A stretch of DNA of 64,000 nt from Eledone cirrhosa (lineage: Eukaryota), in NCBI GenBank assembly GCA_964016885.1, contig OZ024753.1, positions 12,152,001 through 12,216,000 on the forward strand. Reading direction: 5' to 3'. Positions 1 through 13,027 of this stretch are shown in pieces; within the stretch, counting starts at the first letter, position 1, and every line of letters begins with the position of its first letter. The notes under the pieces were generated by a model. That model did not search any database and was not told the origin of the DNA. It saw nothing but the letters and a program-made list of their open reading frames with translations. A program made the translations under genes and the position numbers.

Positions 1-1181
1 ATGCTAATACACGTAGCACATAGACAATTCTATAGCAATCAGTGCCAACAGATATATAAATATATATTTGTTCCTATAACGAGAGTCTACATGCGGTTGA
101 TCGACCTGGTAGAAATAGGTGTCTAATTACCTCCAATGGACATACATCACTCTGCCTTAAAAATAGATTCATCCTTAAGGGAGTGTTTTAGCAATTTAAC
201 AGGAAGATTCAGTACTCAGATACATTTAAAGAACGGTGATTCGTGAGAAGATATTATCTTCAGACAGGAGATCTGGAAGGCACTTTTACAACAGACAAAC
301 AAAATATATGAACAAGTAGGAAGTGAAGTCTGCCACAGACGGAACGCATATAATTACGTCAGGTTTCGCTAATATTTCCTTTCCAGATTTATCCACCAAA
401 ACCGCTTTGAATCTCACTCATAATAAGTATCGAACCTCCCGTAGTTATAGAAGATAAATATTAGTCACATATCTTCTGCCAGATGATATGTCAACGGAAA
501 TGTACTTGCCACACTTATGCATGCGGAAATATACTTTGCGGTCTTACGTTTCTCCATGTTATGTGTACAGAAACTATGATGCCGAACGTTGCTCAACAAC
601 GCAGATTCAAATAAGTAGATAATATAAGTACCGGTAATAAGCCGATCTTTACCAAATTAGATAACACTACATCATTAATGAACAAAACGATTATTCACAT
701 TTTCCTGATTCCTAAGTGACAGAAACTCCAAAGAAATGTTATTGTAATTAGTAACGAATGGCATCAATGTCTTAGACTTTCGACGATGTTCTGTAAGATA
801 TTTATCTCTCACAATGTAGAATACATGAAACAAGAAGCAAAGTTCTAACATATACGTGTTAGTACAGTTTGTTGGCATTCTACGTTGCTATAAATTGGTG
901 AAGATTTGAGTGAATTATATCTGTGAAATAACTTAAATAACGGCGTATTGTGCACCTAAAGTAACATGAAAGAGGAAGCCAATTTCATTTACACACGAGA
1001 ACATTGTTTCAATAATTTTTATATGATGAAGGTGTGTAGTCTTACGATTTGGAATGGATAACAAATGTAAGTATATATTTCTTAGAATATGTAGAAAACA
1101 TCGAACGCTTAAAATAAGTCGATTGCTATATATAATAGCTTAGAAAATCGGGTACAAAACAGTATCCGGTTTTATAAGGTG

Positions 1182-1300
1182 CTAGACCTCACGTGACCCG
1201 TTGGGTCATGTTCTTTTCAAAATATTTTTTTTAAATTATGTTCACTTAAAAATAATTTTAAATAATTAAAATATATAGACATGTATATAATGTGTGTGTG
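1182..1300 (-). mobile_element. Non-autonomous Helitron 3' end fragment
   Basis: Minus strand shows hairpin TGACCC-AAC-GGGTCA followed by CTAG (1185-1182). About 110 bp is clearly similar to 5519-5635. Confidence 0.6.
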
Positions 1301-1308
1301 TGTGTGTG

Positions 1309-1610
1309 TTGTTATACTTGGGGAGGGTCATATTGTTATAATATTGCCAGAAATAATAACAGAACACACTCACTGGTTGGTTTGGGTTGGTTTTCGCTTC
1401 TGTATCTTTTATATCTCCATATTTAATTTATCTGGCAATCAAATTAACTATGAAGATATAAAATATACAGAAGTGAAAACCAACCCAAACCAAACACTGT
1501 GTGTGTTCTGTTATTATTTCTGACAATATTATAACAATATGACCCTCCCCAAGTATAACAATATTTGTTTTGACTCACGATTTCATATCAAAAATCTTGC
1601 AAAACGAATA
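1309..1610. mobile_element. Penelope-like element pLTR palindrome (inverted pLTR pair)
   Basis: Arms of about 120 bp (ttgttatacttggggagggtcata... / ...tatgaccctccccaagtataacaa). The same sequence flanks the GIY-YIG/RT remnant at 54960-55320 and 56560-56700. Confidence 0.75.
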
Positions 1611-2406
1611 TATATATATATATATATATATATTCTATTGATAATAAAACTCTACTTTCGAGGGTAATGCCTACACATTCCATGATAGTTTAAATTCTAA
1701 TTGTTAGTGCTCTGTTTGGCCCAGAAGTCCAATGCATCAACCCATAGGCCCATCATCTATTATATTATGGACATGACTATCAACAGAATCGTTATTTATA
1801 GATTTTTATTTGAAAGGGGAGGGGAAACCAACATGTCACTCTATGAATTGTATTTCAGTTAGGGCAACAAACATTCCTTCATATTGATTTATTTCACTCG
1901 AACAAAGTCACTCATTCCAGGAAAGTTTTATTGTCCATTTGTTGCATGAATGGGACATCATTTAGCTACTTACATTTCAACGTAAGGTAAAGACATTGCC
2001 AGAGGCGCTTGAAGTTAGAGAGTAAAGTAAAACTATTGTCAAGTATAAACATTTTCTGATAACGAAGAGATTTTCTCGAAAAGTTTCAAATCCAATCGGA
2101 AATAGTTACCGGAAAAACAAGTTAAATATATATCGTTTTTTTTAATGTTTTATTATTGTTTATTTCATGTAAAATTAACTTAAAGAACCAAATTCGACAA
2201 ATAAATATAAGAGATAGAAAGGTATGTAAGTAAGTATGCATGTACAATTGTGCGCATGTATGTATGTATATATACATGGTTGTTGTACGCGCGTGTATAT
2301 ATATATATATATATATATATTTTGTGTGTGTTAGGTCATGCAAGTTCATGCGTGTATATATGTTTATATAAAGAAACACGAATGCAAAATTACACACATG
2401 TATGTG

Positions 2407-2448
<42 letters not shown>

Positions 2449-3036
2449 GTGTGTGCGTGTGTATATAAAATACACGCATATACACACACACGCATACATA
2501 TATATACACATATATACACACACACATACATACATACATACATACATACACATATATATATATATACAAGGTGCTGGGGTGTGAGACAGCGAGAGTGTTT
2601 AAAAAGAAAACACAATTGTTAATGAAGGAACATACTGAGTGGCTGACAAAAAACGGTGAATGTTTAAATCAAGAAAATTGTCTTTCATATTAGGTTTTTG
2701 AAGCCGCTGGTTGCAAAAAACCCTCATATATCTATATTTATACTGAACAAGAGACATGGTTAACGAATGCGATAACAATATATCCTGTTTCTCTACTTCT
2801 ATATCTTTGTCTCTTATAATGTATCCTCTGTGGCTCTTCATCTATGTCTCCGTAGTTACCTCGCTCTTACACCTTCTTATATTCTTTGTATTGTTCCACT
2901 GATTATCTGTTTTTATTAGATGTCAAATCCCCATGCACCCAATATGTATATCGGCCAAAACGTGTTAACAACCCTCTCATCTGTCATTACAATAGACCCA
3001 TTCAATCGTTGAGACGTCGGATAGAATGCTTTACGG

Positions 3037-3075
3037 CAGGCATGTCAAACTGAGGTTTCTCCGAGGGCCACATGA
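3037..3075 (+). mobile_element. Possible hAT (Charlie-like) terminal fragment
   Basis: CAGGCATGTCAAACT...GAGGGCCACAT resembles hAT/Charlie termini. No partner TIR was found. Confidence 0.3.
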
Positions 3076-3529
3076 GTACGCAGCTGCATGTTACCAAATG
3101 TTTCAAAGCCTGCTCCAGCATAGGCCTTGGAGATGTTATTCACTAGTGTTGATTATCCTTGAGACTATACCTAAATGGCCGACCTTATTTACATGATATC
3201 TCGAAAAATGGAAGGGAGTAATAACAATGTAATAATAATTTAGTGTTTTTGTTTTTCATAGTGAGGGACACCTGTGTCTGTGATTTTATTTTTTTAAATG
3301 TAATTATTAAAATGTCAGTATTGTTTGCAAGTGTTCTGTGTTTTCTATATATAATTACATCGCTTATTGTAGTAAATGTGTTTCCATTTATTTTTATCAA
3401 TATTCTTTCTTAAAGCGTACTCTGCGTGTACTTGTGTGTGTGTATATATATTTATATTATTATAGGTGAGGTGTGATATTTGATTAGTTAAAGGTGTATG
3501 TGTTATTTATGTGTATATTATTTATTATT

Positions 3530-3735
3530 TAAACTTTGGGAGGGTCATGCTGCTAATAAAAACACATGCACCTGTCGCTTATCAATTCAATTTATTATAA
3601 ATTTCCTGTTGATTGGTTCAGTAACCCGATGACTGTTTATATATTGTCAAAGCATTTTAGTCACACATTCTGTGACCCCACGGTGTCTGATTATTTTGTG
3701 TCTCTCCTTTATTCTGTGCTTCGTCATCTTGTTTT
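3530..3735 (-). mobile_element. Degraded PLE pLTR/3' region copy
   Basis: Similar to 62178-62315 (attgtcaaa..ttt.gtc.cacattctgtgacc) and to the pLTR motif ttgggagggtcat. Confidence 0.55.
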
Positions 3736-3743
3736 TTTATGTA

Positions 3744-3906
3744 CCGTATTTCCCGGCGTCGAAGATTCTACTTTTTTTCTTAAATAAGTCTCAAAAATCT
3801 ACCATGCGTCCTGGAGGCCGAAGGTTGTTTATTATTTTGTTTTACATCTTCGGTTGTCAAAATTAGGGTGTCGAGGACGAAGCGTCTTGGGCGCCGGGAA
3901 ATACGG
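3744..3906. mobile_element. MITE, Tc1/mariner superfamily (Tc2/pogo-like TIR)
   Basis: Perfect 15 bp TIR CCGTATTTCCCGGCG / CGCCGGGAAATACGG with TA on both sides. Confidence 0.85.
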
Positions 3907-5518
3907 TATATTATTTATTTGAGTTATTGTATTTAACCGTATTTCGGTGTAGTATGATGAACAACACGACAGACAAAATAAAATATTTGTGTATATCTTG
4001 GCATATGTGTTCTCGCTATTTCGTTTCATAAGAATGTATATCGCCACTAATATTTAATGAAGCAAAAAGCTAATCAAATTATCGCGTTTGTCTAATTAAA
4101 TATTTATTTTGATATCTATCTGGAAATATTAAGTTATACAGCATTAGTTTCAAATTTATAACTGTACACACTCAAAAAATCACACACGTAAACAGGTATA
4201 CAAATAAATTACTGCCCAATATTTGTCGTACAATAACATGTTCAGCTTTAGTGAATTATTGTAATAATTATCAATATTAATAAACCTATCAATGGGTCAC
4301 GTGTACTTTACATAATTTTGTAATATTTGGTTATAATATTAGGCTGTTTATGACCTTTTAGAAAATTATAATAAAATTTTTGTGGGCGTTATTGACACAT
4401 ATTGCTTTCATATTCTGTTGCAAACAAAGCACGATTTGAGATTTTATATGTAGAAGTCTACAACTATCGACAAATTGGTATTACATATGGCATTTCTATT
4501 TACACAGTAGAATTAAAATAATGATTAAGTTTTCGGCGTTGACTTGATGCCCAAAGAATAGCACAACTATAATTTCCCAAGACATTCATAGAGTAATAAT
4601 GAGAAATCCATAATTATATTCAATTTCTGAACAGGCTGAAATAATAACGACGATAAATCAACTACCTTACCCCCCCCCTCCTCACGTCTAGCATAATATG
4701 ACTATTACAGGTACTACATTTTCCGTCTGCAGTATACAGGCTAAAACTAAAAAAAATGCCATTACTGAAAGGGATAGGAAACTTCATGTTAGTTCATTCA
4801 ACTGACTGAAATCGGAATTAAAATATATTCTTTCTGGTCCGATCTTATATTCTTTCTCTCTGAACGTGTCTTTCACTGTACATTCATGGGTAAGAATTCC
4901 CAGAGTCACGTACGTCAGTGTGATTCACTCTCTGGGGTGTTCTTTTTTTTTTCGAAGAGAAATTACGTCAATGATTCCCGAAGTAGGACATTCTTGGTTG
5001 CAATATTGTGAATCATAACCTCACTGGGAGACAATTCATTTCGACCTTCCAATTATGGAAAAGATATGTCCAGCCTAATACCAATCTTTTCTTATAATTA
5101 CTAGAATTATAAGATGTGTAAAATATTAAAATGAATCTCCATTTTCGAGGACGATGATTCCATAGATTCAGGCATTGAAATACCTAACCGTTTAATTTTT
5201 GATAAGCTTTCTACACCCTTGATATTCGTTCTATTAACTTAGACTGCAGACAGCAACATCCTGGCACAGCTGAACATTTGAATTACGGATTCAATGATCT
5301 CGGTTGCCAACCAAATACCCGTCTTCAAACATTCACTCCAAAGCGATGGTGAACATGAGGTTATAGTTACTATCGTAGTAACAAACATGACCCAGAATGG
5401 GAGAGAAGCTGGAACTACTGAGACGAATTAACATATAATAATACAGCTAAGATGTGAATAAATACATTTTGTTTTTATATACGTTTTATATATGTGTGTG
5501 TATAAATATAGCTTATTA

Positions 5519-5726
5519 CTAAACCACCCGTGACCCGTGGGTCACGTTAACATAAAAATATTTAAAAAAAAATGATGTTCACTTAAAAATAATTTTTGAA
5601 TAATTAAAATATATACAGACGTGTGTATAATGTGAAATGAAACTGGAAGGCCCATATATATATGTTTGCGTATGTGTGTGTGTATACATATATATGTGTG
5701 CGTATATATGTGTATATATGTGTGTG

Positions 5727-5757
<31 letters not shown>

Positions 5758-5838
5758 ACGGGTGTATATATATATATATATGGGTGGCAGTGATCTATAT
5801 ACACTGGTCATAGACACATACACATATGTATCAATACA

Positions 5839-5870
<32 letters not shown>

Positions 5871-6356
5871 ATTGGAAATCAGTAAAATCGAATCTCTGGT
5901 GGTTTGCAAGTAAATTCGGCCTACTTATATGAAATGATGAGTTAGCAAAGCACTCGATAAGATAGGACCTTAGAGTAATAACATACGTTTAAATAGCTTG
6001 ACAAATCGAACATTGTAGTAGGCGAAACTAACACACAATATATACCATAGCAACGATACAGCTCCACCAGCAGCTCTCTCTCTCTCTTCCATTCTCCTCT
6101 GTCACCTCTCTCTCTCTCTATGTCTCTATCTCAATCTATTCTCTCACACCCACTATCTCTTTCTCTCTATCCTTCTGTCTCTTTCTCTCTGTTTATGAAG
6201 GTACCCGGAGAAACCCCATATCTTGTTTTATTCCATTTGTGTCCCCATTTCAGGCTCAACTTCCTTTCAAAATAGTTTCCCCATTATGCCCCGTTTTGGC
6301 TGTATTATATTACAGACAAGCAGGCAATCTCAGACTTTTAGTTTTATATAGCTAGA
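5519..6356 (-). mobile_element. Non-autonomous Helitron, apparently complete
   Basis: The minus-strand 5' end is A|TCTAGCTATATAAAAC. The 3' end has hairpin CGTGACCC-AC-GGGTCACG then TTAG|T (CTAG variant). Internal TA/TG/CT microsatellites; no TSD. Confidence 0.7.
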
Positions 6357-6361
6357 TTGAT

Positions 6362-6485
6362 CGCCGAGATTAGATTTGCCTTTCATCTTTACAGAGTCGA
6401 TAAAATAAAGTACCAGTAACACTCTGGGGTCGATTTAACTTTCCCCTCTCTTTCAAATTGGTGGCTTTGTGCCTATATCAGAAGC
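6362..6485 (+). mobile_element. Nin-domain SINE, 5'-truncated
   Basis: GCCTTTCATC...GTCGATAAAATAAAGTACCAG core shared with the other SINE copies. Confidence 0.75.
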
Positions 6486-6803
6486 TGTTATAGCAGAAAT
6501 AATGTACGTTTGCTCTATCTGATTCAACTAATGCAAAATTCTAATAGAGGACGTAAATTTGTTTGAAATTATTTCTAAATTCGGAAGTTGTTTTTATGTA
6601 TGTAATTTAACAATATATTTTCATTGGTTATTTTACTATAAATCACAAAGCAGCTTATAATTGTTAACAATATCCATCTGATTCAGAATACTAAATTATA
6701 AATTATACAACCTATGTTATTCCATGTACATGAATTTATGTACATGGAAAGTACATGAATTTATTCTCAAATTTAATTAGAATGTAATATTATATCTTGT
6801 GAC

Positions 6804-7013
6804 CGCTTGATTGGCAGTATCGGTAGGACGCCATGCTTTGCAGCATAGAGTTAGGGCCCTTTATGATCTGAGTTCAAATCCCGCCGAGGTTAACTTTGCC
6901 TTTCATCCTTACGGGGTCGTCGATAAAATAAAGTACCAGTCAGGCATTGGAGTCGATTTAATCGACTTCCCCCTCCCCCAAAAATTGCTGGCCTTGTTCC
7001 TATATAAGAATCC
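6804..7013 (+). mobile_element. tRNA-derived Nin-domain SINE
   Basis: A-box-like TGGCAGTATCGG, B box GTTCAAATCC and Nin core. 15 bp TSD ATTATATCTTGTGAC at 6789-6803 and 7014-7028. Confidence 0.9.
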
Positions 7014-7097
7014 ATTATATCTTGTGACGCTAACCTGCACCAGTTGCACCAGTTTCAGACTGGCCATCAACATGAGATATTTTTCTCCACAAAGTTC

Positions 7098-7352
7098 GAT
7101 CACCAACATCAGAGTTTCAAGAGCAAAGATCAAATCCGGTCGATAAGTTGACATTATGAAGCCAGCGTTTTGGCTGTCGGCCTCTGCTTCTCTCACCAGC
7201 CAACCTTCCTTCCAGGAATATATAATACCTTTCAATCACCAACAGCAGAGCTTAAAGAGCAAAGGTCAAGTTCAGTTTATAGGTTGACATTATAAAGCCA
7301 TCGTTTTGGCTGCTGGCCTCTGCTTCTCCTACCAGCCAACCTTCCTTCCAGG
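7098..7352. repeat. Tandem duplication of about 120 bp
   Basis: 7098-7217 and 7234-7352 align (atcaccaaca.cagag...ccagccaaccttccttccagg). Confidence 0.85.
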
Positions 7353-7666
7353 CATAACCTACTCACACCACGAGTTGATCTTTTTATGACCGCATCGTTC
7401 TAGGTTGGGCACCTTTCAACAAGAACAAGGAAGTGCTAACAACAAAATGAGTTTCCTATCATTTGAAGGCTAAGATATTTGACATCCTACCAGTTGTGTT
7501 ATATGGTCTTGACTGTGTTAATTGGACGACAAGGTCACTTCAGAAGCTCACTACATTCCAGAACCACATCATGAGACATGCGACCGTATATGTAATATTA
7601 TAGATTCGTGTAAATGTTAATATCTTTTATCTCGTTACCTTTTGAGGTTTAATTATGTCTATTCTA

Positions 7667-7999
7667 CAGGGTAGTCCGAAAATCTTGTCACCCCTTACCC
7701 AAAGTAATGAGAAACAGTTTATATTCCCATCGCAGTATCGTCCTCTCTGGAGGAGCTGGTTTACTGAATTTTGCAGTGACGTCATGTCGCACAACCTCCA
7801 TGCTCTTGCCAGGATGCACATGATCGTGTGTCCATACATTTGCAAGCAGTCTCTCTTCCAAACTATAGGAGCCCTGAAATAGAAAATTATATTATTATAT
7901 ATTATAATTAATGATATTATATATTATATTATTAAAAAAAAAAAATTAAAATTAAAACATTATAGGACGAGGGGGTGACAAGAGTTTCGGAGCACTCTG
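7667..7999 (-). mobile_element. Internally deleted Tc1-like DNA transposon
   Basis: Imperfect 28 bp TIRs CAGGGTAGTCCGAAAATCTTGTCACCCC / GGGGTGACAAGAGTTTCGGAGCACTCTG with TA TSD. The minus-strand peptide ILARAWRLCDMTSLQNSVNQLLQRGRYCDG resembles a Tc1 transposase C-terminus. Confidence 0.8.
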
Positions 8000-8095
8000 T
8001 AGTTTCAATCTTTCTATCTTTCTCTCTCCCCCTGCCTTCTCTTTAAACTATATACATTTTCTCCTGTCATTATCATTCTGATTATTTGGAAGTAT

Positions 8096-8283
8096 GGCGG
8101 TGGTGGATTGTCAGTATCGGTAGAGGATCGGACGCCATGCTTTCCAGCAGAGTTACGTCCCTTTACGATCTGAGTTCAAATCCCGCCGAGGTTGACTTTG
8201 CCTTTCATCCTTACGGGGTCGATAAAATAAAGTACCAGTAATGCACTGGGTAATTTGCTGGCCTTGTGCCAAATGTAGAAACA
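8096..8283 (+). mobile_element. tRNA-derived Nin-domain SINE
   Basis: B box GTTCAAATCC and Nin core. 15 bp TSD ATTATTTGGAAGTAT at 8081-8095 and 8284-8298. Confidence 0.9.
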
Positions 8284-8509
8284 ATTATTTGGAAGTATCT
8301 ACATCTTTCCATTATCATATCACTCCAGAACTCAGCATCACTATTATATCATAAGTGAAGGAACAATATATTTATATATTTCCAGGCATGAATAAATTGT
8401 CATGTTAATGGCTTTATATGTATGTTGTATTATGTGAAGATTTCCATCTATATGTAAACGTATGCGTATATAAAATCATTTGCTTTGCTTATTATATGAC
8501 TGTTTGAAT

Positions 8510-8522
8510 ATGTATATATACA

Positions 8523-8577
<55 letters not shown>

Positions 8578-8797
8578 GACTGTATGTATACATATTCAAA
8601 CAGTGTCTTATATAATATATATACAAGTATGTTTCAATATATGTATATATATATATATCTATTTGTATTTATTTTTATATATATTGAAACATGTGTATAT
8701 ATGTATCTCTGTGTGTGTGTGTATATATATATATATTTGTATTTATTTTTATATATATTCAAACATATATGTGTATATATGTATCAGTGTGTGTGTA

Positions 8798-8828
<31 letters not shown>

Positions 8829-9293
8829 CTATTTGTATTTATTTTTATATATATTGAAACATGTGTATATATGTATCTCTGTGTGTGTATGTATATATAT
8901 ATATATTTGTATTTATTTTTATATATATTCAAACATATATGTGTATATATTTATCAGTGTGTGTATATATGTATATATATATATATATATATCTATTTGT
9001 ATTTATTTTTATATATATTGAAACATGTGTATATATGTATCTCTGTGTGTGTGTATATATATATATATTTGTATTTATTTTTATATATATTGAAACATGT
9101 GTATATATGTATCTCTGTGTGTGTGTGTATATATATATATATTTGTATTTATTTTTATATATATTCAAACATATATGTGTATATATGTATCAGTGTGTGT
9201 ATATATAATATATATATATATATACACAGAGATACATATATACACATAAATGTTTGAATATATATAAAAATAAATACAAACATACATATATAC

Positions 9294-9341
<48 letters not shown>

Positions 9342-9432
9342 ATTTAATTTTATATATATTCAAACATATATGTGTATATATGTAACTCTGTGTGTGTGTA
9401 TATATATATATATAATGTGTGTGTGTATACAT
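8510..9432. repeat. (TA)n/(TG)n-derived minisatellite with ~60/120 bp higher-order units
   Basis: Recurring tttgtatttatttttatatatatt(g/c)aaacat units; one unit is inverted near 9225-9290. Confidence 0.9.
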
Positions 9433-9880
9433 ATTCAGAGTGTCTTACTCTATTGGACAATGTGTAGCCTCAAGTAATGCCAATGATTGGACAATGTGTA
9501 GCCTTAAGTAATGCCAATGATTAGATAATGTATTCCAGGATTGAAGATACAATTACAAGTATTTTCCCTGAAAAATGCGTTTCTGGTAAATGTTCAACCA
9601 ATGGTTTTTTTTTTTTTTTTTTCTTATTTGATAATGCCTCCTGGCGAGAGAAAATTGAACAACGTTGCGGTGAATTTTTGAGAAAATGAACAAGTCTTAT
9701 AAGGGAATGTAATGTAATCAATATATATATATATCAAAACTATATTTATGTGAAGATTGGTATGTGGAATCACACTAATTTATGGGTAGCAATCTTTGTA
9801 GTGAATATATGGCGGACTTTAAGATTGATATAGAAGCTGTTTTTCTCTATCAAGCCTGTGCTATTTCGATATCGATACAA

Positions 9881-11631
9881 TTGAACTCTATGCCAAGAAC
9901 ATGGATGGGATGAAAAAAAATATTGACCTGGTTACAACGTTCTCAAAGGATATAGGAATGGAGTTTGGTCAAGATAAATGCTCATACATGACTGTAAAGC
10001 GGGGTACAACAAAAACCCAATCTAGCAACATTTTCATCAATGGTCTAACTGTTTCACCGATATCTGATGAGGACTGATACAGATACCTGGGGATAGATGA
10101 GAACATATCCTATAATGGTATCTGTAATAAAGAACGCGTAACCAGGGAATACTACACCCGATTAAGAAATATCTGGTCATCGGAACTCTCTGAGCAAAAC
10201 AAAACAGTGGCTCACAATGTGTTTGCTGTGCCTGTCCTAACATCAACGTTTGGAATACTCAATTGGACGATAGACGAAATCCGAGCAGTTGATGTTGGAA
10301 CTCGAAAAATACTGAACAACACCGGAAACTTCCACATCAAGAGTAAGATAGACCGCCTTTACTTGGAACGTAAGCAGGGAGGCAGAGGCCTAACATCAGT
10401 CCAGACAACATTTGAATGTCGCATCATATCTCTCCGACAACATATACGAACCTCGAAGCGTAGGCGCCCGCTTCTCGAGCAAGTATATCTGCATGAAACA
10501 GATAAGATCATGAGAGTTGGGAAGGAACTCCTTGAGAGATAATCCCTGTGTGATAAACAAAAACTCACACCCAGGGATGTCGCTCAGTAGTATCGCAGTG
10601 AATCCATGGATGAAAATCATTCATGGATATGTTGCCAGGAAGCTCCATAGTGAGAGTAATATAGATAACGAAAGTAGTCTATCTTGGACCAACAACCGCT
10701 ATATTTGCTCCCACTTTGAAGGATACGCTTTTGCAATCCAGGAATAGATTAGCACGAAATACCTGATTCACAAAAGAGATAGGGATGCAGGCAAAACACC
10801 TATATGTTATAACAAGTGCAGACTCTGCAGAACTAACATCGAGGATATCACCCATGTCATAAGCAGCTGTCCAAAGATGTCATCGCGGTGCCGTCTACCT
10901 ATGAGGCATGATGTAGTGGCCAAAACACTGTACAATGCAGTTCGTAAAAAAGATTGCCCCGATAATAAACATTAAAAGCTACAACAATGTGGAAGACATC
11001 CATGTACATAATATGAAAGGGTGGAATGTTCTAGTAAAAACCCCAATAAAATGCAGGCATAACAGACCAGATATTATGAGATGGGACAGGGAAAAGAAGG
11101 CATGCACAGTAGTGGAAATTAGCTGCCCAGCACATGCCAATATAATATCAAATATTAGTGAAAAGGAGAATATTGATGCAGAACTGATGAGAAATCTGCA
11201 GATACTCCACCCTGATTACACCTTCAGATTTATGCCTGTGATTATTGGGGCACTGGGAATGTTAGTAACTGCCTCAATACAAATCTTGAGAAGCTAGGCT
11301 TCACAGGAACAGAAAGAACACAACTAGTTAGAAACTACAAGTACAATCCATTAATGGAACAGTAAAAATATATAAAACATTCCAAAAATGTTGCATCTAA
11401 TAACTGCATATACACATGTACAAATACAAAGCATATACACATGCACACATACAACTCAAAACATCCACATCCACACATACAATAACATCCATATCTACAC
11501 ATGCATGCATGCATACATACATATCTTCCTAGTTGATATTGTGTAAATTCCAATGAGAGAGTCTTGTGTCTATGTTAGAAACCAACTCTCTCTCTATTGG
11601 TAAAACTTTGTGAAATTATAAAACCAGAAGA
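9881..11631 (+). mobile_element. 5'-truncated, decayed Dong/R4-clade non-LTR retrotransposon (RT C-terminus, CCHC, restriction-like endonuclease)
   Basis: Peptides FSKDIGMEFGQDKC, YLGIDE, DRLYLERKQGGRGL, CRLC...HVISSCP...RHDVVAK and RPDIM.WDREKK...VEISCP, interrupted by stops and frameshifts. Confidence 0.9.
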
Positions 11632-11858
11632 ATATATATACATATATTTATATGTTTAATTATCGTGTCTATAGTCTGCCTTTCATAGGTTATAGATTCC
11701 ATACACTGGTGGATTTTCCCTGTTTTATTGATAGCACACTGTTTCTCTCTAGTGTGTTACCTTTTCAACATATTGTATTTTAAAGAGCTCAGGATTCCTT
11801 CTCCTTTCAGCACATTATTGACAGGGAATAGCGAGAGGCTATGGCTCCGTTAATTTAT

Positions 11859-11948
<90 letters not shown>

Positions 11949-11950
<2 letters not shown>

Positions 11951-12080
11951 AAGTATGTTTTTGAAACAGTGAGTAAGTTTGAAATTAGAAAATAGAAGCT
12001 TTCTCCGTATTTTTTTACTAAAGGAATTTTAGCCTGATAGTGGGGTTTAGAACCCTCAGAGAAATGGAAAAAGATGAGTA
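11949..12080. repeat. Interspersed repeat, second copy at 61891-62025
   Basis: gtaagtatgtttttgaaac.gtg...tagcctgatagtggg...gagaaatggaaaaa is shared. Both copies abut TA arrays. Confidence 0.75.
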
Positions 12081-12099
12081 TACATATATATATATAATA

Positions 12100-12960
12100 A
12101 AAAAAAAGTTAGGGACGAAAGAGGGTATTATCCATCATCAGTTGTCTACTAGGTATCATCGATATTTATTCGCGTTAGAGACAAGATGTCTTAACCTAGT
12201 GCGATCAACAACTAAAATAAGTTATTGGGATAAAAAGGGGGAGAGAGAGAGAGGAAAATACGTAAACACACACGAAAAGTAAAGCAACGTAAAGGGAGGA
12301 AAAATATCAAGTCCTGGCAAGTGTGACGAGAGAGATCAGACACGTCTTGACTGTATCAGTGTGAGAGAGAAAAGAGACTGCTTGCAGTGGCGGAGAAGGG
12401 AGGAAGTGAGCTAGCGGAGAGAGGTAACCTAGCAGAGAGGGAGTACTGCTACAGTTAAGACGTTAGAAAATTGAAGCAGATATTGCAAAACATAAATAGG
12501 TATAGAAGTTTGTAAAAGTAAATTAAGGGGTGTAATTTGGTAATTAAAGTTAGTGTGTAACAAAATTGTTTCTGAGGAAATACCGGGTGATATCTGTTGT
12601 ATACAATTAAAAAGAAAAATATTAATGAACTTGCTGGTGATGTTACATGTGGAAGCGAATAGGTGAAAACGGTGGACAATACATATTATGCGTAGTTACC
12701 GACTGTATTTCACATGACAAAGGGGTTTTTCTAAACCTTCAGCATGAATTTGATAGTGCGTTGGGAACATTTGAAGATATCCGCCCTCTTATTCAGATTG
12801 TTGGTGGGAATATTCCCGCCGTACACAATTAGCACGTACTAGCGCCTGTTGTATAGGGTCGGTACATTTTAAGGATCTCAAAATATAATTGGTGTCAGTA
12901 AAGGATTTTAGGGACCTCTCTGGGACATATCTTAAATAGGCAGAAAATAGACAGAAATTA
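12100..12960 (-). mobile_element. Probable highly degraded PLE-like element (pLTR-like part homologous to 50200-50700)
   Basis: Shares aataacttattttagtt..t(g)atcgc and a CT-rich tract with 50200-50660. Only a weak GIY-YIG-like resemblance in 12520-12760. Confidence 0.35.
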
Positions 12961-12988
12961 TATATATATGTGTGTGTATTACACACAC

Positions 12989-13024
<36 letters not shown>

Positions 13025-13027
<3 letters not shown>

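Noticed and set aside
285-880. Minus-strand hydrophobic fragments vaguely like GPCR helices (GLLPVLIL..FGII; IICVPSVADF)
   Set aside because: Different frames, multiple stops and implausible spacing. Expected by chance in T-rich DNA; BLASTX would be needed to revive it.
5130-5450. Possible host exon in unique sequence
   Set aside because: Only short open frames, no recognisable domain and no convincing acceptor/donor pair.
12034-12070. CTGATAG-hairpin-GAGAAA hammerhead-like string (also near 61985)
   Set aside because: The core is non-canonical and there is no stem I/III pairing.
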